Source: Sulfurospirillaceae bacterium (GTDB taxonomy: Bacteria > Campylobacterota > Campylobacteria > Campylobacterales > Sulfurospirillaceae). From it: a stretch of DNA of 64,000 bases. The position numbers and the translations under genes were made by a program. Shown here in pieces: positions 52,400-62,931 of this stretch (its first letter is position 1; each line of letters begins with the position of its first letter). A model generated the notes under the pieces. The model worked only from the letters and a program-made list of their open reading frames with translations. It was not told where the DNA came from and did no database searches. The stretch spans positions 32,001 to 96,000 of the forward strand of contig JAWVXD010000004.1 in NCBI GenBank assembly GCA_033723415.1, written 5' to 3'.

Positions 52400-54118
52400 T
52401 TAACTGTCAAATCCACTTTTGAAAGTGTTGGTTTTTTTACTCACGACGATCTCTTTTTGCTTCTCTTTTCGCATCGTGTCTTTTTCTACAAAAAGAGGCT
52501 TTCTGCTTTTTGGCTCCAGTCCCGTGTAGTACATCAATGTCGAGTAGGTCGAGGGTGTGGGTGTGAAGACTTGGGCTTGTTCGGGACTCATTTTGAGCAC
52601 ATTGGTGGCAAAGTCTTTGAGATTGTACATATGCTTTTCCTCACAACCCGGATGCGCTGCGATCAGGTAGTAGGTCAAAAACTGCTTTTTGCCCGATTCT
52701 CGGTTCAGTTTATCAAAAAGCGCTTTGAACTCTACAAGTGATCGTTTTCCGGGTTTTCCCATGAGAGCAAGGATGTCATCATCGATATGCTCAGGAGCGA
52801 TCTTCATCTGTCCGCTGATGTGATGGTTGATGATCTCTTTGAGGTATTCATAGCCATGGGCTTTGTCATCGCTAATGAGATCATACCGCACGCCTGATGC
52901 GATAAAAGCTTTTTTGATGCCTTTGATCTTTCTCACCTTTCGCAACAGATCTATCTGCCTTTGGTGCGTTGGTTTGAGGGCTTTGCACATGGTCGGGAAC
53001 ATACAGCTTTTCTCTTCACAGGTGCCTTTTTTGATCTTTTTGCTGCACTCGTATCCGTACATGTTCGCAGTCGGTCCACCGATATCGGAGATGATGCCTT
53101 TAAAATCTTTATAGGTCGTAAAGAGCCTGGCTTCATCTAGTATCGACGCTTCACTTCGGCTTCGGATCGTGCGCCCTTGATGCACGCTGATCGCACAAAA
53201 GTTACACTCACCATAACAGCCTTGATGCGTAGAGATCGAGAATTTGATCGTCTCAAGCGCTTTGACCTTGCCTTCACGTTGATGATACGGATGCAGATCA
53301 CGCTCGTAAGGAAGCGCGCTCACCGCGTCTAGTTCTTGGGTATCAAGATACATCGAGGGAGGATTTTGGATCAGGTAGCGACTGTCCACTTTTTGGCACA
53401 ATCCTTTGGCGCTTATGGGGTCATTGTTGTGATAAAACAGATCAAACATGTCGATGAACTTGTGCTTGTCACTGAGCACTTCATCATGACTCGGTAGTTG
53501 GAGGTAGTCGCTTTTTGGCTCTTTTGAGATATAACTAAGCCCTCTTACATGATGAGGCTGGATGCCCTCTTTCAGCGCATCGGCAAACTCTACCACGCTT
53601 TTATCTGCCATGCCGTAGATCAGATAATCCGCCTTGGCATCAAAGATGATCGGCTTTCGGATCTTGTTCGACCAAAAGTCATAGTGACTCACCCGCCTCA
53701 AACTCGCTTCGATCCCACCAAGGACGATGGGTGCTGTCTCTTTGAAGTGCTGTCTTATGAGATTCGTATAGACCAAGCTCGCACGATCGGGTCGTTTTGT
53801 GTTTTTGCCACCCGGGGTATAGTCATCCTCTTGTCTGAATTTTTTAGTCGCCGTGTAGTTGGAAACCATCGAATCCACACTCCCGCCGCTGACGCCCCAA
53901 AAGAGTTTCGGCTCTCCCAGTCTTTTGATATCCACATCCGATGTCACATCAGGCTGACCGATGATACCCACACGATACCCCGCTTTTTCCAAGATCCTAC
54001 CCACGACGGCAACACCCATGTAAGGACTGTCGATATAAGCATCAGATGTCACCAAAATTACATCCAGATGTCGCCATCCTCTTTTTTTCATCTCAGCTCT
54101 GGTGGTGGGTAAAAACAT
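52400..54118 (-). CDS. ygiQ: YgiQ-family radical SAM protein
   Basis: MFLPTT, DAYID.P, GGIEASLRR, CYGECNFC, GGPTANMY, AAHPG. Confidence 0.92.
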   Translation of the reverse strand: MFLPTTRAEMKKRGWRHLDVILVTSDAYIDSPYMGVAVVGRILEKAGYRVGIIGQPDVTSDVDIKRLGEPKLFWGVSGGSVDSMVSNYTATKKFRQEDDYTPGGKNTKRPDRASLVYTNLIRQHFKETAPIVLGGIEASLRRVSHYDFWSNKIRKPIIFDAKADYLIYGMADKSVVEFADALKEGIQPHHVRGLSYISKEPKSDYLQLPSHDEVLSDKHKFIDMFDLFYHNNDPISAKGLCQKVDSRYLIQNPPSMYLDTQELDAVSALPYERDLHPYHQREGKVKALETIKFSISTHQGCYGECNFCAISVHQGRTIRSRSEASILDEARLFTTYKDFKGIISDIGGPTANMYGYECSKKIKKGTCEEKSCMFPTMCKALKPTHQRQIDLLRKVRKIKGIKKAFIASGVRYDLISDDKAHGYEYLKEIINHHISGQMKIAPEHIDDDILALMGKPGKRSLVEFKALFDKLNRESGKKQFLTYYLIAAHPGCEEKHMYNLKDFATNVLKMSPEQAQVFTPTPSTYSTLMYYTGLEPKSRKPLFVEKDTMRKEKQKEIVVSKKTNTFKSGFDS

Positions 54119-54240
54119 AAATCTCCTAAGTGCATTTAGTAAGACAAATATACCATATCGGCTCTATAAGTTGGCTTTAGAACCCAAAATCTCAATATTT
54201 ACTTTTTTTGGATATTCTTTGCAAAAATGAAAGAGTCACC

Positions 54241-54438
54241 ATGGAAGAGCGAACCATCACCTGTCCTTATTGTTGGGAGTCGATCAGCTTGTATCTGGAG
54301 CCTGATATCGGCGAAGAAAGTATCACGGTCGTCGAGGATTGCTATGTTTGCTGTAGTCCCATCGAGATCACTTATGCAGCCAGAGACGGCGTTGTGAAGA
54401 TCTATGATCATCACGCTATCGAGGGCAATAGTTTTTAA
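54241..54438 (+). CDS. CPXCG-type cysteine-rich small protein
   Basis: CPYCWE...EDCYVCCSPI. Confidence 0.8.
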   Translation: MEERTITCPYCWESISLYLEPDIGEESITVVEDCYVCCSPIEITYAARDGVVKIYDHHAIEGNSF

Positions 54439-54495
54439 TTTTGCACGATTGGCTGTAAATTCAGATATGATTGCATTTAAATAAAGGAATTATAC

Positions 54496-54708
54496 ATGAT
54501 ATTTGAATTAGAAGACGATTATATAGAGTTATTTAAGCTGATCAAACTTGTGAATCTAGCCGATAGCGGTGCTGAGGCAAAGATACTCATCGAAGAGGGA
54601 CAAGTTAAGCGAAACGGAGAGATCGAGCTACGAAAACGAGCGAAGATCTTAGCAGATGAGACGATCCAGATCGCAGATGATATCATCGAAGTAAAATCAA
54701 AGAATTAA
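54496..54708 (+). CDS. S4-domain RNA-binding protein (YaaA/YbcJ family)
   Basis: YIELFKLIK...SGAEAK...VKRNGEIELRKRAK. Confidence 0.88.
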   Translation: MIFELEDDYIELFKLIKLVNLADSGAEAKILIEEGQVKRNGEIELRKRAKILADETIQIADDIIEVKSKN

Positions 54709-54715
54709 GCACTGA

Positions 54716-55429
54716 TCATATTCCTAAAAACTCCTCTACATCTCTTGCAATCTCATCTATCGCTTGGCTTGCAGGTTTGTAGAGCACTTTTGTATAGAGC
54801 GTGTCGTCTATAGCAATACTTGGTTCTAGGTTGTTGAGGATGGAGATTTTGATATCTGGATTCAAGAACATATCAGTATGGATCACATAACCGCTTGTTC
54901 CGATGACCACGAACATCTCACAATCGTCAAACTCTTGGTACATGACTTGATAATTAGGCGCTGCTTCGCCAAACATCACGATGTGAGGTCTCACTTTTTC
55001 ACTCTCACACCTCGGGCATCTACCGTCATAACTTTCGGCAGTTTTTTGGTATCCTACTTCGTAAAGTTCGCCGCATCTCTCACACTCCAAGTTGGTTAAA
55101 AAACCGTGCAGGTGAAGTACATCATGATGTACTATGCCTGCCTTTTCAAAAAGATCATCAACATTTTGCGTGATGATGGCGATGTCATCTTTGTATTTCT
55201 CTTTGAGTTTGGCGATGGTTTTATGAGCGTGGTTTGGCTCTTTGTCGATCAAATCAGCTCTTCTTTTGTCATAAAATTCCAAAGTCTGTTTTCTGTTTGT
55301 TACCAAACATCCCACGGTACAGATATCTTCGACCCGATACTGCTCCCACAGTCCACCGCTGTCTCTAAACGTGCTGATACCTGACTCCGCACTCACCCCG
55401 GCTCCGCTTAGTATGATGACCTTTGCCAT
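54716..55429 (-). CDS. cobB: NAD-dependent protein deacylase (sirtuin, CobB-like)
   Basis: GAGVSAESGISTFR, TQNVDDL, HG, two CxxC, RPHIVMFGE, GTS. Confidence 0.9.
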   Translation of the reverse strand: MAKVIILSGAGVSAESGISTFRDSGGLWEQYRVEDICTVGCLVTNRKQTLEFYDKRRADLIDKEPNHAHKTIAKLKEKYKDDIAIITQNVDDLFEKAGIVHHDVLHLHGFLTNLECERCGELYEVGYQKTAESYDGRCPRCESEKVRPHIVMFGEAAPNYQVMYQEFDDCEMFVVIGTSGYVIHTDMFLNPDIKISILNNLEPSIAIDDTLYTKVLYKPASQAIDEIARDVEEFLGI

Positions 55430-55442
55430 GTGTTTTCCTCTT

Positions 55443-55976
55443 TTATATCTTTTTTAACAGCTTCAAAAACAGCTCTTTATCCCCATCATGATAACTCTCA
55501 AACTTCTTATCATATATCTGTGTGAGCTGATTTTCTAAAACACCCAAGGCACTGAGTGCCAAAGGCGTGAGCTCTATAAGCTTGACCCTTTTGTCCTTTG
55601 CATCCGTACTCTCGATCAAAAAGGAGGATTTCACGAGACGCTTGATTATCTCGCTACCTTTGGATATCTCATGATCAAAGCTGTTGATCAACACGCTTTT
55701 AGATAAAATCTTGTGTTTTTTCAACTCTTGCAGATAAAAATAATCATCCACAGAGTTAAGATTGCAACTTTTTAGCACTTTCCTACTCATATCTCGCATC
55801 TTGGAGTTTGATCTATTTAGGGCAAAAACGAGCGAAGAATTTGAGATCTTTTTAGTCGGTTTTTGTAGTTTATTTCTATGACACAGCCACTCTATAAATG
55901 CGTCTATAGAATCGGCTCCGTTATTATCGCTGTATTCTTTAGACAATTTCAATATATCTGTCAGTATTCCGATCAT
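55443..55976 (-). CDS. MarR-family transcriptional regulator
   Basis: IIKRLVKSSFL...DAKDKRVKLIELT winged-helix motif; divergent from transport operon. Confidence 0.82.
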   Translation of the reverse strand: MIGILTDILKLSKEYSDNNGADSIDAFIEWLCHRNKLQKPTKKISNSSLVFALNRSNSKMRDMSRKVLKSCNLNSVDDYFYLQELKKHKILSKSVLINSFDHEISKGSEIIKRLVKSSFLIESTDAKDKRVKLIELTPLALSALGVLENQLTQIYDKKFESYHDGDKELFLKLLKKI

Positions 55977-56007
55977 ACAAATGCCCTTGATTTTATTTAT
56001 TATGATA

Positions 56008-56060
56008 TTGTACTTTTTTATTACAAAAACATTGTATATTAAATTGATTTATATTACAAT
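56008..56060. promoter_or_regulatory. Candidate MarR operator (paired inverted repeats)
   Basis: TTGTA-N9-TACAA (56008-56026) and ATTGTA...TACAAT (56031-56060) in the divergent intergenic region. Confidence 0.45.
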
Positions 56061-56088
56061 AAACGAACCGATAACAAAGGAGAGATCG

Positions 56089-56406
56089 ATGTCTTTCGTA
56101 GTCGTAGAAACATATACATACAAAAAAGGACAGCTTGCAAAACTGAAAAACTCTTTGGGCTCCTTTCTTCCTATCCTTGAAACACTTGAGGCGATCACTA
56201 ATATCGAGATCCTAGAAGACAAACAAAATACAAAACTACTCGGTGTCACTACTTGGGATTCAAAAGAAGCGTTTGATGCATTCTTGAGATCACCCATCAT
56301 GACACAGATGCTTGAATCAGAGCAGATGAAAGAGATCCAAGAAGCAAGTCTTGATCTGGATGTGCAGATGTATGAAAAAGTGGAGTTGAAAGATGATAAA
56401 GATTAA
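56089..56406 (+). CDS. Antibiotic-biosynthesis-monooxygenase (ABM)-like protein
   Basis: TTWDSKEAFDAF motif; ATG 56089 after AAGGAG. Confidence 0.72.
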   Translation: MSFVVVETYTYKKGQLAKLKNSLGSFLPILETLEAITNIEILEDKQNTKLLGVTTWDSKEAFDAFLRSPIMTQMLESEQMKEIQEASLDLDVQMYEKVELKDDKD

Positions 56407-57130
56407 AAATATCCTGCTTTTCCTGCTCCTCTCTTATGCCATGCTACACGCTCAAAGTGCCAAAGAGATCATGCAAAAAGTAGATCACAACATGCGAGGT
56501 AAAAGCGTCTATATGGAACTCACCATGATAGTGAAAAATTTAGGCTATACCAGAACTATGAAACTTCAAAATTGGTCTGAGGGCAAAAACAAAAGTTTTG
56601 TAAAGATCACCTACCCTCCCAGAGACAAAGGTATCACTTTTCTGAGCTTAAACGGACAGATGTGGCAATATATCCCAAAGATAGAGCGAACCATCAAAAT
56701 CCCGCCTTCTATGATGCTCCAAAGCTGGATGGGTTCAGACATCACAAATGATGATGTTGTAAAAGAAAGCTCTTTGGTCGATGATTACGATGCGACGATC
56801 CAAAAAACACAAGCAGATATAGTGACCATCCAACTCATACCCAAAAAAGCTGCGGCGGTAGTCTGGGGTAAGATCATCCTAGAAATCGATACGGCGACCT
56901 ATACGATGAAAAAAGAGACCTTTTATGATGAGAGTGATAAAGCGGTGCGCTACTTCATCTATAAAAATATCAAAAAGATCGACGGCTACTATCTGCCGAC
57001 CTATTGGAAGGTGGTTCCTTTAGACAAAAAAAACGCCGACACGGTGCTTGAGATCCAAAATGCGAGGTACGATCAGGTCATCTCAGGAGAATACTTTAGG
57101 CAAAGCGCACTCAAGAGGTTTTCACGCTGA
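56393..57130 (+). CDS. LolA-like outer-membrane lipoprotein-sorting protein
   Basis: Signal peptide; MWQYIPKIERTIKIPPSMMLQSWMGSD. Confidence 0.85.
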   Translation: MIKIKNILLFLLLSYAMLHAQSAKEIMQKVDHNMRGKSVYMELTMIVKNLGYTRTMKLQNWSEGKNKSFVKITYPPRDKGITFLSLNGQMWQYIPKIERTIKIPPSMMLQSWMGSDITNDDVVKESSLVDDYDATIQKTQADIVTIQLIPKKAAAVVWGKIILEIDTATYTMKKETFYDESDKAVRYFIYKNIKKIDGYYLPTYWKVVPLDKKNADTVLEIQNARYDQVISGEYFRQSALKRFSR

Positions 57131-58347
57131 TGTTTGCTCTAGCGTTAAAGAACATCTTATTTTACAAAGGCAGAAGTATCACAAGTTTTGTCTTGATCTT
57201 CTTTTCCGCTTTGTTATTTATCGTCTATGTCTCCATGATGGACGGTTCACACAACTCTATGCTGAGAAATGCTCTTAACGTTTATACCGGAGCGATAGAA
57301 ATCTACAAAAAAGGATATCGCGATATAGGCGGAAATCAGTATCTTATAACAAATGTTTCAACCATAGAACAAAAATTACAAAACATCAAAGGCATCAAAA
57401 ACTTCACCTCAAGGTATGAGACGTACGGTCTGCTCTCTTTCAAAGATTTCTCTTCAGCTGCTATGGTAGCTGGGATCGATCCAAAGAGAGAAGAACACAT
57501 GAGTGAGCTAAAAACCGCCCTTATAAAAGGAAAATATCTAGATCAAAACTCACAAAACTGCCTTTATGCAGGCTCTGAATTAGTCAAAAAACTACATATC
57601 AATATCGGCGACAAAGTAGCTTTTATCGGTGAAGCATCGGATTATTCTTTTGCAGCGGATATGTTAAAGTTGTGCGGTATCTTTAGAACCGGTTCTTTCG
57701 AGTTTGATTCGATGGCGTCTTTTGTCTCAAGACCGTACTTTGATAACCTCATGTACTCCCAAAACAAAGCTTCCTACATCTCGATAGACGTAAATAACCT
57801 AAAAGAAGTGGACAGGATCAAAAACGAGATCGCAGCCAAAATGCCGCCTGATCTTGAGACGTTGAGCTGGAAAACATTGATGGAGCCCATGGTTCAGGCG
57901 ATGGAAGTGGACAGTGTTTTTGGATATATCAGTCTGGGACTGTTTTTCATCGTCATATTTTTTGTTGTCATGATCTTTGGATTTATCAATATCAGCTCCA
58001 GAGTCAATGAGTTTGGAATACTGCGCTGTATAGGCTTGTCAAAAACAGATATGTTCCTTTTGCTTTTTTATGAAATATTGATCCTCTCGACTTTGTCGAT
58101 CTTGTTCGCAACGCCCATCGGCGCTTATATCGCGTATTATTTTTCGTTGCATCCCATCACGATCGCGGGAATCAGCGAGACCTACAAACAATACGGGATC
58201 GTCTCGGATCAAATACCTTTTGATTTTAACCTTTTTACGATTTCCTGGAATGTCGCCGTGATATACATTTTGAGTTTTTTGAGTATCTTGTACCCTATCT
58301 TGTATATCAATAAATTCACACCTACCGAGGCGATACGCCATGTTTAA
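57130..58347 (+). CDS. ABC permease (FtsX/MacB/LolE family)
   Basis: One N-terminal TM, large periplasmic loop, EFGILRCIG, three C-terminal TMs. Confidence 0.88.
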   Translation: MFALALKNILFYKGRSITSFVLIFFSALLFIVYVSMMDGSHNSMLRNALNVYTGAIEIYKKGYRDIGGNQYLITNVSTIEQKLQNIKGIKNFTSRYETYGLLSFKDFSSAAMVAGIDPKREEHMSELKTALIKGKYLDQNSQNCLYAGSELVKKLHINIGDKVAFIGEASDYSFAADMLKLCGIFRTGSFEFDSMASFVSRPYFDNLMYSQNKASYISIDVNNLKEVDRIKNEIAAKMPPDLETLSWKTLMEPMVQAMEVDSVFGYISLGLFFIVIFFVVMIFGFINISSRVNEFGILRCIGLSKTDMFLLLFYEILILSTLSILFATPIGAYIAYYFSLHPITIAGISETYKQYGIVSDQIPFDFNLFTISWNVAVIYILSFLSILYPILYINKFTPTEAIRHV

Positions 58348-59551
58348 AGTAATCGTAAAACTTGCTTGGAGCAACGCTTTTTTAAGATTTTCAAGAACAT
58401 TTTTACTGGTTATCCTCATAGCCCTCAGCATGGCTTTAATGCTCTCCTTACAAGGTATCTATGACGGCATGACGCTCAATATGGTAGACAAAACGATCCG
58501 AAGCGACTGCGGGGAAGTCAGCATCTATCAAAAAGGCTACCGACTCAATCAAGTCTTGAGCAACAATATCAAAAACGCAGATGCAATTCTAAGAAAGCTA
58601 GATCATGATCCAAACGTCAAACTAGCTATCAAACGATTTAGTGTAGAGGGTTTGAGTTCTACTGCTAGAAAACAATCTTTTGCAAATATCATCGGTATCG
58701 ATCTCAAGCAAGAAGAAAGATTTGGCAAGTTTAGTCTCTTTTTGACAAAAGGAAAACTGAGCTTTGAAAATTACGGAGCTATTATCGGGAAGGGGCTTGC
58801 AGATAAACTCAAAGTCCATATCGGATCAAAAGTGATCTTTTCGACACAAAATGCCAAAGGAGAGATAAATGCTCTGTATCTCAAAGTGGCAGGGATCATC
58901 CAGACGACCAACATCAACATAGATAATTTTGCCATTTATGTTCCGATCAAGAGAGTCTATGATTTTTTGGGAGTCCCTCATGACGAAGCCACGCAGATAG
59001 CCATACGAACCGATAATGAAGCGTTTATCAAAACGCTAAAAAAAGAATATTCCAATTTGGACGTAGAAAGCCTGCTGGATCTCTATCCGATGCTAAAACA
59101 GATGGAAGATATCATGGCGATCTTCAACTCGATCACGTTTGCGATCGTCATGCTGGTCGTTTTTATCGGTATCTTGGGTGTCATGTACGTTTCTATCTTA
59201 GATCGAATTCGAGAGTTCGGTATCTTGCGAGCCATCGGGATGCCTTATGCTTATATCCGCTTGCAGATCTTCTTAGAAGCTCTTTTTGTCGGTCTCATCG
59301 GCTATATCTGCGGCGCGATCCTGGGTTATCTCTCGCTCAAATATCTACATATCTACGGACTTGATCTGAGTGCTTACTCTGCAGGATTAGAGAAGTTTGG
59401 GTACAGTTCGATCATCTATGCAAACATACAGGCGAGCTATTTTAGCTCTACGTTTTATGCGATCATAAGTGCATCCTTGTTGAGCGTTTTACTGCCTCTG
59501 AGGAAGATCAAAAATCTGAACCCTATCAAAGTTATAAAGGCAAATACATGA
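58340..59551 (+). CDS. ABC permease (FtsX/MacB/LolE family)
   Basis: RIREFGILRAIGM; same topology as upstream permease. Confidence 0.88.
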   Translation: MFKVIVKLAWSNAFLRFSRTFLLVILIALSMALMLSLQGIYDGMTLNMVDKTIRSDCGEVSIYQKGYRLNQVLSNNIKNADAILRKLDHDPNVKLAIKRFSVEGLSSTARKQSFANIIGIDLKQEERFGKFSLFLTKGKLSFENYGAIIGKGLADKLKVHIGSKVIFSTQNAKGEINALYLKVAGIIQTTNINIDNFAIYVPIKRVYDFLGVPHDEATQIAIRTDNEAFIKTLKKEYSNLDVESLLDLYPMLKQMEDIMAIFNSITFAIVMLVVFIGILGVMYVSILDRIREFGILRAIGMPYAYIRLQIFLEALFVGLIGYICGAILGYLSLKYLHIYGLDLSAYSAGLEKFGYSSIIYANIQASYFSSTFYAIISASLLSVLLPLRKIKNLNPIKVIKANT

Positions 59552-60216
59552 TTGTTTTAGAGAAGGTCAACAAATACTTTTACAAAGGCGAACCAAAAGA
59601 GATCCATGCCCTAAAAGACATCTCTCTTACTATCGAAGACGGTGAGTTTTCACTCATCAGCGGTCCCTCAGGGTGCGGCAAGACAACGCTTCTCAATGCC
59701 ATAGGCGCATTGGATAATGTGGATAGCGGTAAAATTTTTCTTGATGATAAAAACATAGCTGCCATGAACGAAAAAGAGCGAACGATACTGAGGCTCAACG
59801 AGCTTGGTTTTGTGTTTCAAGCTTACAACCTCATCCCGGTTTTAAGTGTCGAGGACAATATCGGTTTTATCATGAAACTGCGAGGCTTTTCAGACAAAGA
59901 GATCAAAAAGCGCGTTTTTGAAGTCGCCGAACTTTTAGAGATAAAGGATAAGCTAAATGCCCTGCCAAATGACTTAAGCGGAGGGCAACAACAAAGAGTG
60001 GCAGTGGCAAGAGCGGTAGCTGCAAAACCAAAAACGATACTAGCGGATGAGCCTACTGCAAATCTGGACTCTACGAACTCGGAAAAACTCATGGCGATGA
60101 TGCGCTCTTTAAATGAGAAAGAGGGAGTCAGCATCATCTTTGCTTCTCATGACGAATACGTGATGCAAAGCGTTAGACGAATCATCAAGCTCAATGACGG
60201 AGCTTTGGTTGAGTAA
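59548..60216 (+). CDS. ABC ATPase (LolD/MacB family)
   Basis: GPSGCGKT, LSGGQQQR, ADEPTANLD. Confidence 0.93.
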   Translation: MIVLEKVNKYFYKGEPKEIHALKDISLTIEDGEFSLISGPSGCGKTTLLNAIGALDNVDSGKIFLDDKNIAAMNEKERTILRLNELGFVFQAYNLIPVLSVEDNIGFIMKLRGFSDKEIKKRVFEVAELLEIKDKLNALPNDLSGGQQQRVAVARAVAAKPKTILADEPTANLDSTNSEKLMAMMRSLNEKEGVSIIFASHDEYVMQSVRRIIKLNDGALVE

Positions 60217-60220
60217 GATC

Positions 60221-61342
60221 ATGAGTCAAAAGATCACGCTTGCTTTGTTGGTGATGGCAACCTCGCTCTTTGCAGATTCTCAAGTTAACATCAGCAATAC
60301 AAACTTTACGCTCAGGCAGAGCAATACCACATACAATTACGACCGTCTGCGTTTGAGTGATAACTACACTCAAGGCGATTACTACCTGAGTTTCATCGGA
60401 GATCTGGTCAATTACTACGGACACGGCTATGTAAAAAGTGTGGATTTTAGCTATATCAAAGCTCTAAAATCCGATACGAACTTTGCCACGCAGACTTCTT
60501 TTTACGATTATGGAAGCGGTGTTGCGTATGCCAAGATGTATCGTTTTTACGCAGGCTTTGCAGATGAAAAGAACAATATCGCACTTGGACTGCAAAATAT
60601 CCCGATGGGTGTGGGGAAATTTTGGAATCCGACCAACATCTTCAATCCGCAAAATGCCTATGCCCTAGAGCCAGATGAAGTTTTTGGCGTTATGGCGCTA
60701 AGCTACACAAGAAGCCTAAGTCCCACGAGCAGTGTCCGCATCGTCGCATCCCAAAGAAAAAACAACACGTTAAAATATGCCCTAAGATATAAGACCTTTG
60801 TGAAAATAGCCGACTTCGCAGTCGATGTCATAAAATCCGATGACACCACGATGCTAGGTTATGAGATACAAGGCAATCTGGCAAAAACCGGGATCGAATT
60901 GCAAAGTGAGGGTGCATACATAAAATCTTCGATAAAAACCACTGAGTCTCAAAGAGAAAATCAAGAGTTTTACCAAGCGACCTTGGGAGCCGATTATGGT
61001 TTTGTCAACGGTGTAACCGTGACTACCGAAATATTGTACAGCTCCAAGACATTTGATAGTTCGCAAATTCTTTTAAATTACAATTCAGAGATCGCGACCA
61101 ATCTCACAGACTCAAACGTTCACCTTGCATTCTCGCTATCGTATGATTTTAACATCTTTTTATCAGGTTCCATGACCTATATAGAAGCTCTAAACAGATC
61201 AAAATCAAAGTTTTTCTCCCCTGCTATCACCTACACGCTAAACGATTACAATACTTTTACTTTAGGAGGGATGATCTATAACAAATCTCAAGATAGTAGA
61301 TCCACCGATACCTATTATCTGAAATATGCCCTCTCCTTTTAA
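60221..61342 (+). CDS. Putative outer-membrane beta-barrel protein
   Basis: Signal peptide, alternating aromatic beta pattern, C-terminal YALSF. Confidence 0.65.
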   Translation: MSQKITLALLVMATSLFADSQVNISNTNFTLRQSNTTYNYDRLRLSDNYTQGDYYLSFIGDLVNYYGHGYVKSVDFSYIKALKSDTNFATQTSFYDYGSGVAYAKMYRFYAGFADEKNNIALGLQNIPMGVGKFWNPTNIFNPQNAYALEPDEVFGVMALSYTRSLSPTSSVRIVASQRKNNTLKYALRYKTFVKIADFAVDVIKSDDTTMLGYEIQGNLAKTGIELQSEGAYIKSSIKTTESQRENQEFYQATLGADYGFVNGVTVTTEILYSSKTFDSSQILLNYNSEIATNLTDSNVHLAFSLSYDFNIFLSGSMTYIEALNRSKSKFFSPAITYTLNDYNTFTLGGMIYNKSQDSRSTDTYYLKYALSF

Positions 61343-61410
61343 ATCCCTATCATGTGAGGGAAGCTTAATCATGACTTCGCTAAAATTATGAAAAATTTAT
61401 AGGAAATATT

Positions 61411-62181
61411 ATGTCTCTCTCACATCAGCTCTTTGAAATAGCCATGCAGTGCCGCGAACTCTTTATAAAAGGATTTTATGCTAACAACAATGTAGATTAT
61501 AAAGGTACGGTCGATCTGGTTACAGAGTATGATCAAGAGATCGAGAAACAATTGACAGCGAAGCTTCAAGTTGCATTTCCTGAGTATGTGATAGTTGGAG
61601 AAGAAAATACCAAAGAGATCTCTTATCCGCCACGCGCGATCTACATAGATCCGATCGACGGTACGACCAACTTCGTACACGGCATCCCGCATTGTGCCAT
61701 CAGCATCGGCATGTGGGAAAACGGCGCACCCGTAGCCGGAGTTGTTTACAATCCGATACTAGATGAATGCTTTCGGGCAGACATAGGCAAAGGTGCTTTT
61801 CTAAATGATAAAGCAATACACGTCTCTAAGCAAAATGTACTCCAACAATCACTCCTTGCAACGGGATTTCCATATACAAAAGTACAAAAAAGCAAAGATT
61901 ACGAATGGGTACTAAAGTGTATGGCAAATCTTTTACCGATTACGCGTGACATCAGACGATTTGGAGCGGCGTCTTTGGATCTTTGTTACCTTGCCAAAGG
62001 CACTTTTGATGCTTACTACGAGTGCAATCTCAAACCTTGGGATGTAAGTGCGGGTGTTTTGATCCTACAAGAAGCCGGAGGCATCTATACAAATGAAAAC
62101 GGAGCACCGTACACTTTAGATGATCACATCATCGTAGCCAGCAACGCCTTGATCCATGAGGCACTTTTAGAGCATCTTTAG
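61411..62181 (+). CDS. suhB: Inositol monophosphatase family protein
   Basis: DPIDGTTNFVHG, ATGFPY, PWDVSAG. Confidence 0.9.
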   Translation: MSLSHQLFEIAMQCRELFIKGFYANNNVDYKGTVDLVTEYDQEIEKQLTAKLQVAFPEYVIVGEENTKEISYPPRAIYIDPIDGTTNFVHGIPHCAISIGMWENGAPVAGVVYNPILDECFRADIGKGAFLNDKAIHVSKQNVLQQSLLATGFPYTKVQKSKDYEWVLKCMANLLPITRDIRRFGAASLDLCYLAKGTFDAYYECNLKPWDVSAGVLILQEAGGIYTNENGAPYTLDDHIIVASNALIHEALLEHL

Positions 62182-62194
62182 AAAAGGCGTGCTT

Positions 62195-62776
62195 TTACTT
62201 TGGTAATTTTTCGATCACTTCCTTAACCGAGCCTAATTCGCCGATTCTCGGGAAGATGTATTTGATGCTGTGATCGTGTGCTTCTAAGACTCTATCCGTT
62301 GTAGCATCAAGCGCAAATGTCAGGTTGTAGCCAAGTTCACTGGCAGCACGAGCGGTTCCTTCTACTCCGATACTGGTCGATATACCTGCAAGCACGATGC
62401 CGGTAACATTTTTCTCTTGCAATTTTCGATGAAGTGCCGTGTTGTAAAATGCATTCCAAGTGTTTTTTGTGACATAAATATCTTTTGGTGTTTTATCAAG
62501 TACAGGCGTGATCTCTAAAAATGCGTCAAGTTTCTCTTCAGTATCCAACATCTTGCTCATATCGGCTGCGACTTCCGCTCTCACACGTGTCCAAGTCGCC
62601 CCGATCGGATTGACATTGACGAAAATGATCGGTAACTTTGCGGCACGAAATGCCTGGATGAGTTCGTTTGCTTTTGCGAGAATGCTATCTGTAGGATGTG
62701 CTTTTTCACCCGCTATGATGCCTTGCTGCAAATCTATCAAAACAAGCGCAGTTTTTTTATCTATCTCTGTAATCAT
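62195..62776 (-). CDS. Isochorismatase-family hydrolase
   Basis: ALVLIDLQ, K..WNAF, GISTSIGVEGTAR; ATG after AAGGA. Confidence 0.88.
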   Translation of the reverse strand: MITEIDKKTALVLIDLQQGIIAGEKAHPTDSILAKANELIQAFRAAKLPIIFVNVNPIGATWTRVRAEVAADMSKMLDTEEKLDAFLEITPVLDKTPKDIYVTKNTWNAFYNTALHRKLQEKNVTGIVLAGISTSIGVEGTARAASELGYNLTFALDATTDRVLEAHDHSIKYIFPRIGELGSVKEVIEKLPK

Positions 62777-62862
62777 AACAATATCCTTCAATTTTATCTT
62801 AGAGGTACACTTATGATTATAATCTTACATTCTTTATAATTCAATAAAATATTACTAATTAG

Positions 62863-62879
62863 TGGAATAATTTTTGCTT
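62863..62879 (+). promoter_or_regulatory. Sigma-54 (-24/-12) promoter
   Basis: TGGAATAATTTTTGCTT: GG-N10-GC, matching Campylobacter-type GGAA-N6-TTGCTT. Confidence 0.7.
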
Positions 62880-62931
62880 GCAAACCAAATCTACACGAAT
62901 GTGTGGAGAATCTTTACAAATGGAGGTCATA

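Noticed and set aside
54716..55429. Sirtuin as a Sir2 defence effector near the helicase islet
   Set aside because: Has the Zn-binding CobB-type architecture, host-like composition and no defence partner
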